Shown one piece after another: positions 10,103 through 20,066 of a stretch of 49,488 bases of DNA. Where the stretch lies: contig DASZHC010000089.1 in NCBI GenBank assembly GCA_035938215.1, positions 1 through 49,488 on the forward strand, read 5' to 3'. Positions within the stretch are counted from its first letter, which is position 1, and each line of letters starts with the position of its first letter. The position numbers and the translations under genes are program-made. This DNA is from Chthoniobacterales bacterium (lineage in GTDB: Bacteria > Verrucomicrobiota > Verrucomicrobiia > Chthoniobacterales > JAFAMB01). The notes under the pieces were generated by a model. It was not told the DNA's origin. It did no database searches and was given only the letters and a program-made list of their open reading frames with translations.

Positions 10103-11073
10103 TTGCTAATCCTTTCAATTACCCGGAGCTTCGCGCTCCGGGCGCGTGAGTTGTGACCTACTTCTTCCTCACCCGGCTTGATCGGCCGAGCCGTGACCAA
10201 ACGAAAGGCATACGCAGGATTTCTCCGCGGTGCCGACCACTCAGGCCTGTCTATCCACTCCTGACTAACCTCTCGAAAAAAACGCTTAACAATCCGATCT
10301 TCCAGCGAGTGAAACGTGATAACCGACATGCGGCCACCCGTTTTCACATAAGGAGCTAAGCCGCGAAGACCGCGCTCCACCGAGTCCAACTCGTTATTCA
10401 CCGCAACCCGAAGCGCCTGAAAAGCCTTCGTGGCCGGATGCCGCAGACCTCTTTTGGGAATGACTTTCTCAATCACTTCCACAAGATCGCGCGTCGTCCG
10501 GAGGGGCGTCTGGGACCGGGCCTTCACGATCCGCGATGCCAGACGCCTTGCCGCCGATTCCTCGCCAAATTCAAAAAATATTCTCGCAAGCTCTTCCTGT
10601 GACGCCTCATTGACGATGTCTGCTGCAGTCCGCCGGACATGCGGCCCCATCCGCATGTCCAGCGGTCCGTCCCCCAAAAAACTGAAACCTCGGGAAGGCG
10701 TATCGAGCTGATGAGATGAAACCCCCAGATCCAGCAAAATCCCGTCAAACGCATCCACGCCGTAACTTGGGAACGCCTCCGCCAGATCGGCAAAATTCGC
10801 TTCCACAAGCCTGATCCTGTCAGAAAAGCAGGCGACTCTGCGCGCAGTCTCCTGCAGCGCCTCGGGATCTTGATCGCACCCGATCACCGATGCCCCCGCT
10901 TCAAGCAAAGCAAGCGCATGTCCTCCGCCTCCAATCGTTCCGTCCAGAAACAGTTTGCCCGGACTCGGCCGAAGCGACGAGATCGTCTGCTGCAACAGAA
11001 CCGGCACATGAAAACTGCTTCCGGCGGGCTGTTGTTTTGCAGACATCTGTTCCTCGTCGATTAATGCGATCAT
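10099..11073 (-). CDS. rsmH: 16S rRNA (cytosine1402-N4)-methyltransferase
   Basis: HVPVLL motif and DGTIGGGGHA SAM loop. The true start may be the internal MSAKQQ (ATG near 11046). Confidence 0.92.
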   Translation of the reverse strand: MIALIDEEQMSAKQQPAGSSFHVPVLLQQTISSLRPSPGKLFLDGTIGGGGHALALLEAGASVIGCDQDPEALQETARRVACFSDRIRLVEANFADLAEAFPSYGVDAFDGILLDLGVSSHQLDTPSRGFSFLGDGPLDMRMGPHVRRTAADIVNEASQEELARIFFEFGEESAARRLASRIVKARSQTPLRTTRDLVEVIEKVIPKRGLRHPATKAFQALRVAVNNELDSVERGLRGLAPYVKTGGRMSVITFHSLEDRIVKRFFREVSQEWIDRPEWSAPRRNPAYAFRLVTARPIKPGEEEVGHNSRARSAKLRVIERISK

Positions 11074-11132
11074 TTTTCGCTTCCGATTGAACCGATTAGT
11101 TACTCTTCAAAATTCTCAATCTTCGCCTGTCG

Positions 11133-11588
11133 CTATATGCCAACTCTGTCCAACATGTATCTGTATGTAGGCGTCTCTTCGTTCACCGTTTCTTTCCAGT
11201 GCGCGGGGCTCCAAATCTCGAATCTCGAGTATGCTCCGACGAGAACGACGTCGCTCTGGAGGTTAAGCTGTTTGCACTGTTCGTCGGGCAAGACGATCCG
11301 ACCTTGTTTATCTCCCGTGATATGTTGTGCGCGGGATGAAAACTGGCGCAGGAACCTGCGGCGGTCCGACGGTTGCAGACTCTCATCTTTTTCCACTTTT
11401 TCGGCCAGACGCCTGAATTCTGAGGGGGGCATCACCATCAAAAACCCGCCTTCCGGATTTGGGATTGCGAAGAACTCGTCGATATCGCCTCTGCGCCATC
11501 GCGATGGGATTGTGACGCGGTTTTTTGCGTCCATCGCGTGCCGGAATTCTCCGGTGAAAATGGGCTGGTTATTCTGAGGCGACTCCAT
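11133..11588 (-). CDS. mraZ: Transcriptional regulator MraZ
   Basis: 151 aa with duplicated MraZ motifs DAKNRVTIPSRWR and DKQGRIVLP. First gene of the dcw cluster. Confidence 0.92.
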   Translation of the reverse strand: MESPQNNQPIFTGEFRHAMDAKNRVTIPSRWRRGDIDEFFAIPNPEGGFLMVMPPSEFRRLAEKVEKDESLQPSDRRRFLRQFSSRAQHITGDKQGRIVLPDEQCKQLNLQSDVVLVGAYSRFEIWSPAHWKETVNEETPTYRYMLDRVGI

Positions 11589-11607
11589 AGGTAATCCATG
11601 GTCGTTT

Positions 11608-11663
11608 GAACCACTTTAGTCCACAATGCCCCACTTCTACCCACCCAAAGCCAAAAACGTCAA
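11608..11663 (-). promoter_or_regulatory. Candidate Pmra promoter with a phased MraZ-operator-like GTGG array
   Basis: Plus-strand CCAC at 11611, 11621, 11631 and 11641 gives minus-strand GTGG x4 at exact 10-nt spacing, 22-50 nt upstream of the mraZ ATG. A possible -35 TTGACG (11663-11658) and -10 TAGAAG (11639-11634) have an 18-nt spacer. Confidence 0.55.
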
Positions 11664-11810
11664 TGAAATTCCGCTGAAATTTACTTTATTTTCTTGGCCG
11701 CCTCACTCCCAACCCGCCCAGGCGCAACGCAGAGTAATCCGATGGCTTACGTGTCAGCGCGGAGGAACGGGCTTCGTTGTACAGACCAGTTACATGGCCC
11801 GAATTCAGGC

Positions 11811-13076
11811 CTACGTCCGCGTTTGGCCTGTCCCTTCAACGAGATATTTGTAACTCGTCAGTTCTTCGAGACCCATCGGACCCCGGGCGTGAAGGCGGTC
11901 GGTGCTTATTCCAATTTCGGCGCCAAATCCGAATTCGCCGCCGTCATTGAATCTTGTGGATGCATTCCAAAATACAGCCGCCGAATCAACCTTCCGCAGA
12001 AACTGCTCGGCAGCCAGTCGATCATCCGTGACAATCGCGTCGCTGTGATGCGAGCCGTTCGCTTCGATATGCTCTATTGCTTCGTCCAGGTTTTTGACCG
12101 CCCTTACAGCCAGGACGAGGTCCAGAAATTCCGTTCGCCAATCCTCTTCGGTCGCTGTCTTGATTCTGGAACCGAGAATTTGTCGAACCGCGTCATCGCC
12201 GCGCAACTCGACACCTCGCTCCCACAAAGCATTCGCGCATTCCGGAAGAAATCGCGGCGCGATTTCTTCATGAACGAGTAACGTCTCTATCGCGTTGCAA
12301 ACACTCGGGCGCTGGCACTTCCCATTCACAACGAGATCCCGCGCCATTTCAATGTTTGCAGCCCGATCCACATAGACCGCGCAGATGCCATCATAATGCT
12401 TGATCACAGGCATCCTCGCCGCCCCGGTGACTGCCTCGATAAGGGACCGTCCTCCGCGGGGGATGATCAATTGAATGTAGCGCTCAAGCTGCGCCATCAA
12501 AGTGACGGCAGCGCGCTCCGTGCTCGGAACAAGCTGCGCCGAGAATTCCGGCAAGCCGGCATCTTTGCATCCGTCACCCACAGCGTTGGCCAGAGCAATA
12601 TTCGATCGGATCGATTCGGAGCCGCCCCTCAAAATCACTGCATTGCCCGATTTCAGGCAGAGCGACGCGGCGTCGCTAGTGACATTTGGGCGCGACTCAT
12701 AAATCATTCCGATGACCCCAATCGGCACGCGGACTTTTGAAATCTTCAAGCCGTTGGGTCGCGACCACTGCTTTAGGACCTTTCCGACCGGATCTTCCAA
12801 ATCGACCACGCTCCGAACGCTGCTTGCCATCGCCTCAATTCTTTTTGGAGTCAGGCGCGCGCGTTCGAGCAGAGCAAAACTCAAGCCCTTCTCCGCGCCG
12901 GCCTGCAGGTCTGCGTCATTCTCACTGAGGATCCGGTCGGCGCTTTGCTCAATGTGGCTCGCGATCGCTTCCAGCGCGAAGTTCTTCTCGGAGCCGGTTG
13001 CCCTAGCAAGAACGCGACTCGCCGACCGCGCTCGTTCTCCTATTTGTTCTATCGTGCGGGCCAGGTTCGTTGTCAT
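11811..13076 (-). CDS. proA: Gamma-glutamyl phosphate reductase
   Basis: 421-aa aldehyde-dehydrogenase-like ORF with ProA motifs AVILRGGSE and FWNASTRFNDGGEFG. ATGA overlap with proB. Confidence 0.95.
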   Translation of the reverse strand: MTTNLARTIEQIGERARSASRVLARATGSEKNFALEAIASHIEQSADRILSENDADLQAGAEKGLSFALLERARLTPKRIEAMASSVRSVVDLEDPVGKVLKQWSRPNGLKISKVRVPIGVIGMIYESRPNVTSDAASLCLKSGNAVILRGGSESIRSNIALANAVGDGCKDAGLPEFSAQLVPSTERAAVTLMAQLERYIQLIIPRGGRSLIEAVTGAARMPVIKHYDGICAVYVDRAANIEMARDLVVNGKCQRPSVCNAIETLLVHEEIAPRFLPECANALWERGVELRGDDAVRQILGSRIKTATEEDWRTEFLDLVLAVRAVKNLDEAIEHIEANGSHHSDAIVTDDRLAAEQFLRKVDSAAVFWNASTRFNDGGEFGFGAEIGISTDRLHARGPMGLEELTSYKYLVEGTGQTRT

Positions 13077-13840
13077 TCTTCGGTAGGAAAATGGGTTCCG
13101 GCTGGTTGGCCCGTTACGATCGCTTTGAGCACTCCTGGCTCCAATCCGCTCGCGATAAAGCCGGGTATTCCGGACTGAACCGCCATCTTGACTGCCTGCA
13201 GTTTCGTTATCATGCCTCCTGTGGAATAAGCGCCCGTCTCGCCATTTGCGAGATGGGAAATAGAATCGATATCCCTGACCGTTTCAATCAACCGCTCTTT
13301 CTCGTCCAGCAAGCCATTTACGCTGGTCAAAATGATGAGGAGATCTGCTTTGGCGAGTATAGCAACCTCTGCAGAGAGGCGATCATTGTCTCCAAAGCGA
13401 AGCTCCTCGACGGCCACTGAATCATTTTCGTTGATAATTGGTACGACGTTCCTGAAACGAAGCAACCGTTCCAGTGTGTTCCTCGCGTTCTGGTACCGAC
13501 TCCGGCTATCGATATCCTGATGGCTCAAAAGCAGCTGGGCCACGTGAAATCCATGTCGTTGAAACAATGATTCGTAGAGGCGCATCAATCGAGATTGGCC
13601 AACCGCCGCGCATGCCTGGACCGATGGAAGATCGGTTGGACGTACCTGTATCTTCAGCAGCATTAACCCGGCACCTACAGCCCCGCTGCTCACAAGCAGA
13701 CATTGATGTCCTTCCCGAACAAGTTCAGCCACTTCTGAGCTAAGCCTTCGGAATTGGCCATGATGCAGAGATGTCCCGGTCCTTCTGGTAAGCATTCCGG
13801 TCCCGAATTTGATGACGATCCTCTTCCTCTTGTCCGACAT
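13073..13840 (-). CDS. proB: Glutamate 5-kinase, short form without PUA domain
   Basis: Start set at ATG 13840 (MSDKRKRIVIKFGTGMLT); amino-acid-kinase fold motifs present. The 255-aa length leaves no room for a PUA domain. The ORF-track extension to 13993 overlaps the divergent gene. Confidence 0.9.
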   Translation of the reverse strand: MSDKRKRIVIKFGTGMLTRRTGTSLHHGQFRRLSSEVAELVREGHQCLLVSSGAVGAGLMLLKIQVRPTDLPSVQACAAVGQSRLMRLYESLFQRHGFHVAQLLLSHQDIDSRSRYQNARNTLERLLRFRNVVPIINENDSVAVEELRFGDNDRLSAEVAILAKADLLIILTSVNGLLDEKERLIETVRDIDSISHLANGETGAYSTGGMITKLQAVKMAVQSGIPGFIASGLEPGVLKAIVTGQPAGTHFPTEE

Positions 13841-13907
13841 GCTGAGGTTTAATATATCGCCAAGGGTTGACCGCAATGCCAGTGCGAGCTGATAAATTAG
13901 AAAGATT

Positions 13908-15272
13908 GTGGTGGACATCCTGACTCTCATACGCCGAACGGCTGAAAAGCAGCCCTCAAACATAGCCTTCTGTTCTGTGGAATCCGGAGACACGTTGACC
14001 TACCGGGAGCTCGTCCGAAACTCGGAAGGTATCGCTAATTGGCTCCGCCGGCGGGGCTGCCGCCCGGGTGAAAGATGCGGTCTGGTCGTGGCGGACGGAT
14101 CAGAATTCCTGCAATTCGCTCTGGGAATACTCTCGGCGGGCCTATGTGTCGCTCCGGTTGCCAAGTCGCTGCCAGCCAATGCGAAGGATCGTGTGGTCAG
14201 CGCGGGCGGGCTACACTGGTTGCTTCTGGAAAATGGACGCCTGTTGCGGTTACCGTTCTGGAGCCCGGTTGATCACCGAAACGATGAGGACTTTCGTGCA
14301 TCTGATCCGGCCTACATACGTTTTACGTCCGGGACAACCGGCGCGGGCAAGTGTGTCTTGCTGGGGCACAAGGCGATTATCGATCGCCTCGAAGCCGCCA
14401 ACGCAGTATTGCGAATCGAGCCAAATGACACGGTCTGGTTTGGTCTCACCATGGCCGACCACTTTGTCGTTTCGATTTTGCTCTATCTTTCACGCGGTGC
14501 GAGAGTTGTGACTGCGAATAGCGCCAAAAAATCGGAACTGCTTGCCGAAAAATATCGACCCACAGTTCTTTACGGCTCACCCGATTTTTACAGCTCGCTG
14601 GTTCGTTCCGGGATTTCCCGGCTCGAATCGGTGCGCCTCGCGATTTCCACAACAACGCCTCTCTCCGCAGAGATCGCTGAGAGATTTTGGCTCAAATTCA
14701 GGAGACACATCAATCCCGCTCTGGGAATCATTGAGGTCGGCCTCCTTACGCTAAACATGCGACCCGATAAAATCGGCTCGGTCGGATTTCCGATGCGCTC
14801 TTATACGGTCTCCCTTGTCGGCGAGACCGGCGAACCTGTTGAGAGAAACCAAGTAGGCGAATTGCATGTATCGGGTCCTGGCTTGCTGGATGCCTATCTT
14901 GCGCCTTGGCGTCCAATTCATCGTCTTCTGAATAATCATGGATTCCCAACCGGCGATTTCGCGAGACTTGACGGAGATGGATACCTGTTTCTGGCTGGAC
15001 GCGGAAAAAATCGTATCCGGATCAATGGAATCCAGTTTTTTTGCGAAGAGGTGGAGTCAATCCTAGATAGCCTGCCGGGAGTCCAGGAGAGCCGGGTATA
15101 CATTGATTCGAAATCGAATTTGCTTTCGGCTGAGATAGTCGGATCTCCCGGGACAACGGAACGACTCCCCGAATTGCTGCTCGGAAGAATTGATGAGCGG
15201 AAAGTTCCGAAGTCCTTTTTCCTAGTCGATGTCCTTCCTAGAACGGCAAATGGAAAGCTCCGCCGGGTGTAA
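13908..15272 (+). CDS. AMP-dependent synthetase/ligase (class I adenylate-forming enzyme), substrate unknown
   Basis: 454 aa with a GTG start, AMP-binding motif IRFTSGTTGAGK and C-terminal NGKLRR. Confidence 0.85.
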   Translation: MVDILTLIRRTAEKQPSNIAFCSVESGDTLTYRELVRNSEGIANWLRRRGCRPGERCGLVVADGSEFLQFALGILSAGLCVAPVAKSLPANAKDRVVSAGGLHWLLLENGRLLRLPFWSPVDHRNDEDFRASDPAYIRFTSGTTGAGKCVLLGHKAIIDRLEAANAVLRIEPNDTVWFGLTMADHFVVSILLYLSRGARVVTANSAKKSELLAEKYRPTVLYGSPDFYSSLVRSGISRLESVRLAISTTTPLSAEIAERFWLKFRRHINPALGIIEVGLLTLNMRPDKIGSVGFPMRSYTVSLVGETGEPVERNQVGELHVSGPGLLDAYLAPWRPIHRLLNNHGFPTGDFARLDGDGYLFLAGRGKNRIRINGIQFFCEEVESILDSLPGVQESRVYIDSKSNLLSAEIVGSPGTTERLPELLLGRIDERKVPKSFFLVDVLPRTANGKLRRV

Positions 15273-15347
15273 ACTCCAATCAAAAATGCCTAAAAAAAAT
15301 CAGGGGCAACCAGGATATATTCGGGAACCGAAATATAAAAAGCAAAA

Positions 15348-15394
15348 CCAGCTCGATCAGAGGGGGAACACGTTCTGGGAGCCAATCGAGCTGG
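15348..15394. other. Hairpin (10-bp perfect stem, 27-nt loop) downstream of the ligase gene
   Basis: CCAGCTCGAT (15348-15357) pairs with ATCGAGCTGG (15385-15394). No U-tract follows, so it is not a canonical intrinsic terminator. Confidence 0.3.
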
Positions 15395-15578
15395 TGCAGA
15401 GACGATATTCGCCGGTTGACTTTTCATCAACTGATTTTTTCGGGATTTTCAGTAAATCGCGGCCGTGAGAAAGCAATATCTAGTGCTCATAATCTTCAGA
15501 ATCTTTGTGTCTTGAGGATCATCCGAATTTGTGTTCCTCTGCTCTTGGCGCCGGTGCATCGTGAATAACACCGAAAGA

Positions 15579-16451
15579 ATGTTCCATCCCCAGAGTTTTC
15601 ACACCACTGTGGAACTCGCCGACCGTACCCTAAGAGACGTCTTCGGCGAATCGGCTTCGCACCTCACGCGCGGGCTTATAACCTTTGCCTTCGAACTTTT
15701 TCACGGAGGCAACCCGAGATTTCTTCCCTGCGACACTGCGTTTCATGATTTCGATCACACGATGCAGGCGACCGCGGCGGTCGTTGACTTACTTGCTGCG
15801 CATCGAAAAAATCCTGTTATCGCGGTGCTGAGCGAACGCGATTGGGAAATCGCCGCCGCGAGTGTCATCTTACATGACACCGGCTATCTGAAGCAACGGG
15901 ATGATCCGCGTGGGTCCGGCGCCAAGTATTCCGCAATTCATGTTGGGCGAAGCTGTTTTTTCGCCTGGGACTTGCTGCCAGCATTTGGATTTAACCGAGA
16001 CGAACTTCGCCAAGTTCAAAATGCAATCTGTGCCACCGCAATTTCGGTGAACATGGATGAGCTTCCGTTTCGTGAACCCCGCGAATGGCTGATAGGCGCA
16101 ATGGTAGGTACTGGAGACATGCTGGGCCAAATGGCTGCTGAGGACTACCCCGAACGATTGGCTGGATTGTATCTCGAATTCCGCGAAGGGACGCGATTTT
16201 CGCGGTTTGAGAAGACCAGTTTTGCCGTATATAAAAACCTTCTCGATCTGCTTCAAGGAACCGAAAGATTTTTCAACGGATATGTGATGCGCATGCTGGA
16301 AAAGGAATGGCGAAACGTTTACCGCGTTCTCGATGACTGGCGCGGCAACAACCTGTACATCGAGCGCATTCGAGCGAATATTTCGCGCGTTAATCTGATG
16401 GCCCGCTCGTTGTCAAGCTCGAAGCATGCCCCTGATAGGTTGACGCGTTAG
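15579..16451 (+). CDS. HD-domain metal-dependent phosphohydrolase
   Basis: H...HD...D pattern: FHDFDHT, ILHDTGYL, GTGDMLGQM. Start uncertain (ORF-track GTG 15531 or ATG 15579). Confidence 0.7.
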   Translation: MFHPQSFHTTVELADRTLRDVFGESASHLTRGLITFAFELFHGGNPRFLPCDTAFHDFDHTMQATAAVVDLLAAHRKNPVIAVLSERDWEIAAASVILHDTGYLKQRDDPRGSGAKYSAIHVGRSCFFAWDLLPAFGFNRDELRQVQNAICATAISVNMDELPFREPREWLIGAMVGTGDMLGQMAAEDYPERLAGLYLEFREGTRFSRFEKTSFAVYKNLLDLLQGTERFFNGYVMRMLEKEWRNVYRVLDDWRGNNLYIERIRANISRVNLMARSLSSSKHAPDRLTR

Positions 16452-16602
16452 TGGGCCATCTTCCCGGTGCCCCGTTCAGCGTTCGCCGTTCACAGCACAG
16501 TGGCGTCAATCGTACTCCTCCTCGTCGTCGAACTCGAATCCGTTATGCCACTACTGACGCCCATCATCTTTGATAACGCGAGATAGCGCCGCGATGGGCG
16601 GC

Positions 16603-16698
16603 GGTAGGGTCCGATCTCCGAGAGACCGTCAGCATTGGCCGTCCCGAAACTCATGACCTCACCGCAAAAACCGGTCGCCTCGGAGATGCGACCCTACC
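16603..16698. repeat. Family C hairpin element (~26-nt inverted arms, 43-nt loop)
   Basis: GGTAGGGTCCGATCTCCGAGAGACCG (16603-16628) against CGGTCGCCTCGGAGATGCGACCCTACC (16672-16698). A third half-site, CGGCCGCCTCGGAGATCCGGCCCT, lies at 37338-37361. Confidence 0.7.
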
Positions 16699-16770
16699 AG
16701 CCCGACCGAGCTGCAGGTCTAACTCTTTAAAAATTAGTGGCTTTCAACATTGGTTCCCGGAGATAATCGG

Positions 16771-17697
16771 TTACGGGCGCACGATCCAAATTTCCACGAC
16801 GCGGTTCTTTTCAAGGTGCATCTTGTCGAACAGGTCGGAGCCGCCCATTCCGACCGCACGCATCAAGTTTGCGATTTTGGTCTTTCGATGGAGCAACCGG
16901 ACTAGGTTCTCCGCCCGGCTCCGTGAGACTTCCAGATTACGCTCGTCCGATCCTTTGAGATCCGAGTAGCCCGCTAAAACCAAAACCACAGTGGGATCCT
17001 CAAAAATTTTTGCGATCTCCGGTTTTGAGAGATTTTCCAAAAGATAGTTCGCCTGAAATGAGTCAGGCCAAAGCTGGCCAAAACCATAGGGGATTATCGC
17101 AAGCTTTGTGAAGCCGCGGGCTCGTTCGACCTGCGAATAGAGGAAGTCTTTCTCCTTAGGAGTGAGTTCCCGGACCATATCGATCCTTTTGAGAACCTCC
17201 TTTCGCGTGGCGTCCTCCTCTTGGATGTTTGCAACTACGGCAGGCGGCGTAGCCTGACTTGTCGCGCTGGGAATCGGAACATCTGTTCCGCTGCTCGCCG
17301 ATCCGGCGGACGCCGGAGAAGAATCCTGAGTCGGCGAAGACTCCTCGGGAGTGGATTCCGAAGAAGCGGGCGATGACTCCGGCGCGGGGGTTGGAGACTC
17401 CAAAGGGGTGCCTGATGAAGCACTCTCAGCTACAGGCAAATTTTCAGGGCCGGGCGATCCAAGCGGCTGCAAAGGACTCGTTTGCGGTGCCGCCTGCAAC
17501 GTCTCAGGCGAGGCGGAGGAGACCGGGCGCACCATCGAAACGTCCCGGTCCTGAAACGATCTGGGCACAACGAAAACGATAACAAACATTGCGACCAGAA
17601 AGAACAAAGCAGTTAGTCCCAAAAGCACCCAGATGCGGCTGGAGCTCCTGGTCGGCTTTCCGGTTTCCTCCGGTTTCGGATTGGAATTGTCTGCCAT
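16771..17697 (-). CDS. Membrane-anchored protein with Pro/Ser-rich linker and degenerate OmpA/MotB-like C-terminal domain
   Basis: 308 aa with an N-terminal TM helix and a low-complexity P/S/A/E linker. C-terminus LVLAGYSDLKGSDERNLEVSRSRAENLV...LEKNRVVEIWIV. Paralog of the next gene. Confidence 0.7.
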   Translation of the reverse strand: MADNSNPKPEETGKPTRSSSRIWVLLGLTALFFLVAMFVIVFVVPRSFQDRDVSMVRPVSSASPETLQAAPQTSPLQPLGSPGPENLPVAESASSGTPLESPTPAPESSPASSESTPEESSPTQDSSPASAGSASSGTDVPIPSATSQATPPAVVANIQEEDATRKEVLKRIDMVRELTPKEKDFLYSQVERARGFTKLAIIPYGFGQLWPDSFQANYLLENLSKPEIAKIFEDPTVVLVLAGYSDLKGSDERNLEVSRSRAENLVRLLHRKTKIANLMRAVGMGGSDLFDKMHLEKNRVVEIWIVRP

Positions 17698-17730
17698 ATA
17701 AAGGATAAACGGATGAATTTGTCGATACTT

Positions 17731-18492
17731 TCACGGCTGAACCGCCCAAACTTCGACCAATCTGTTTTTTTCCGGATTCGTTTGATCAAAAAGATTCTGT
17801 CCCCCCATCCCCACCGAGTGCATAACGTTCACAACGTCCATCTTTTGTTTCAACGCTTTAAGGACGCTCTCAGCGCGCGCCCTTGAAACTTCCAGGTTTT
17901 TCGATTCCTCTCTCTGTTTATCGGCGAATCCAACCATAACAAGTAAGACAGTCGGATCGGCGATGAGCTTCTGCATTTCCGGCTCCTTGAAATGCTTAAC
18001 AAGAGCCTCGATTTGTGCAGGACTCGGGGTGGTCCCGCTTTTTGAGAAAGGAATGACTGCAATCTTCCGGAACCCCTTGGCTCGCTCGACTTGAGCATAA
18101 AGTTTGTCTTTGTCGCCTTGGGAAAGAGGTTTCATTAGATCGATCCGATTTAGCACTTCCTGCCGCATTGCGTCCTGCTCGACAAGATCGGCCACAATAG
18201 GCGGCGCGTTGTTCTCATCCCCATTCGCGGAAGTTGCATTTTCAATGCCAATGGTTGTTCCCGAAGGCGCTTCCGCCCTGCGATCGAGGCTGGAGGTTGT
18301 GGTCGTATTGGTCCCGCCATTCCTTCCGGCAATCGATTTCAAAGCAATAAAGATTCCCGTTGCCAGGCCAGCCGCTGCGAATAGCAACGCCATGCCAATA
18401 ATCAGCCAAACTCCGGCGGGGGTTTTGAGAGGTCCTCTGCGGCGTGAAGCGTATTCTTCTCTGCGTGAAGCTCTGGGTAAAGGCTTCGCCAT
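17731..18492 (-). CDS. Membrane-anchored OmpA/MotB-like protein (paralog of 16771..17697)
   Basis: 253 aa with a TM helix. C-terminus LVMVGFADKQREESKNLEVSRARAESVL...PEKNRLVEVWAV aligns by eye with its neighbour. Confidence 0.7.
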   Translation of the reverse strand: MAKPLPRASRREEYASRRRGPLKTPAGVWLIIGMALLFAAAGLATGIFIALKSIAGRNGGTNTTTTSSLDRRAEAPSGTTIGIENATSANGDENNAPPIVADLVEQDAMRQEVLNRIDLMKPLSQGDKDKLYAQVERAKGFRKIAVIPFSKSGTTPSPAQIEALVKHFKEPEMQKLIADPTVLLVMVGFADKQREESKNLEVSRARAESVLKALKQKMDVVNVMHSVGMGGQNLFDQTNPEKNRLVEVWAVQP

Positions 18493-18501
18493 CTCCGAAA
18501 T

Positions 18502-18576
18502 CTAGTCAGATATGGGCGCTTCGCTCGCGCCTTGACCTGCGGCGACATCACCACTATATGTGGGGCGGTGCACTAG
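18502..18576 (-). repeat. Family A repeat copy, CTAG-bounded, filling the glyQS/ompA-like spacer
   Basis: Minus-strand reading: CTAGTGCACCGCCCCACATATAGTGGTGATGTCGCCGC, then a truncated X module, then CTAG. CTAG 18573-18576 contains the glyQS TAG stop. Confidence 0.75.
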
Positions 18577-19937
18577 TAGATCCTATCAACGAGAAACGAT
18601 CTAAGTTCGCCGATCGGTACCCGTACCTGCTTCATCGAGTCTCTTTCTCTAATCGTGATGGTCCCCTGATTGGAGGGCCCATTCTCGCCGATGGTGTCGA
18701 AGTCCACCGTAACACCAAAGGGAGTTCCTACCTCGTCTTGACGGCGATAGCGTCGACCAATCGCGCCCGACTCGTCATAAAAAACCATCATATGCGGACG
18801 CAATGACTCGACGATCTCGCGAGCCCGCCTGACCAATCTTTCATTATTCTTCAGCAAAGGGAAAATGCCGCATTTGATTGGGGCCATGCGCGGATGGAAT
18901 TTAAGGACGGTTCTGGTTTCGGCTTTGCCTTCCTGATCGGCTATCGTTTCCTCACAAAACGCCGCACAAATCAATGCGAGCACGGTGCGATCCACGCCGG
19001 CACTGGGTTCGACTACGTGCGGTACGAAACGTTGGCCGGTCTCCTCGTCAAAATACTCAAGCGATTTGCCGCTCGCTTTTTGATGTTGCGAAAGATCATA
19101 GTCTGTTCGGTAAGCAACTCCTTCTAACTCCTGCACACCAAACGGGAAGTGAAATTCAATGTCATACGTGCCTTGGGAATAATGAGCGCGTTCTTCGGGA
19201 GGAATTTTATGAACATGCAGGAGATCGGAAGAAATTCCTATGTCTTGATAAAATTTCAGACGTTCCTTTAACCAGTATTCAAGAAGTTCGACTCCATCTT
19301 CCGGTCGACAAAAATATTCTAACTCCATCTGCTCAAATTCCCGCGAGCGAAATGTGAAATTGCGCGGATTGATCTCATTTCTGAACGCTTTTCCTATCTG
19401 TGCAATACCGAAAGGCACTTTTTTCCGCGAGACCTCGAGAACGTTTTTGAATTGAACAAATATCGCTTGGGCAGTCTCCGGGCGAAGATAGGTGATCGCT
19501 GACTCATCTTCAGTCGCACCTACATATGTTTTAAACATCAGGTTGAAGGCCCGAGCTTCCGTCAGATCAAAACTGCCGCAAACCGGGCAGTGTAGCTTGC
19601 CATCCTTTTCCGGCAATTGATCGGCGCGCAACCTGGATTTGCAACTTCGGCAGTCGACCATCGGATCGCTGAATGTCGCTTCATGCCCGCTCGCAACCCA
19701 AACCTGGCGATTCATCAGGATCGATCCGTCCATGCCGACAATATCGTCCTGTTCTCTGACCATGCGACGCCACCAGAAATCCTTGAGGTTGCGCTTCAAT
19801 TCCGTACCCAAGGGCCCGTAGTCCCAGCATCCGTTCAGCCCTCCATAAATCTCACTGGACTGCATAATAAAGCCGCGCCGCTTGCACAGGCTGACAATTT
19901 TCTCCATTCGTTCCGAAGCCGACTTATCTTGGGTCAT
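18573..19937 (-). CDS. glyQS: Glycine--tRNA ligase (alpha2 GlyQS type)
   Basis: 454 aa with class II motifs, including GKAFRNEINPRNFTFRSREFEQMELEYF, and an anticodon-binding C-terminus. Confidence 0.95.
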   Translation of the reverse strand: MTQDKSASERMEKIVSLCKRRGFIMQSSEIYGGLNGCWDYGPLGTELKRNLKDFWWRRMVREQDDIVGMDGSILMNRQVWVASGHEATFSDPMVDCRSCKSRLRADQLPEKDGKLHCPVCGSFDLTEARAFNLMFKTYVGATEDESAITYLRPETAQAIFVQFKNVLEVSRKKVPFGIAQIGKAFRNEINPRNFTFRSREFEQMELEYFCRPEDGVELLEYWLKERLKFYQDIGISSDLLHVHKIPPEERAHYSQGTYDIEFHFPFGVQELEGVAYRTDYDLSQHQKASGKSLEYFDEETGQRFVPHVVEPSAGVDRTVLALICAAFCEETIADQEGKAETRTVLKFHPRMAPIKCGIFPLLKNNERLVRRAREIVESLRPHMMVFYDESGAIGRRYRRQDEVGTPFGVTVDFDTIGENGPSNQGTITIRERDSMKQVRVPIGELRSFLVDRIY

Positions 19938-20066
19938 AGGCAGGTACCGAACGTCAACGAACCCGAGCCGACGTCAATCAAAATCGCCGATTGGGGCAAA
20001 CGGCCTCCCTCTAGAATGCTTCGCGTTGGATTCTATTTGGGTTCGTTGTATAGTCCGCCGTTTGTT

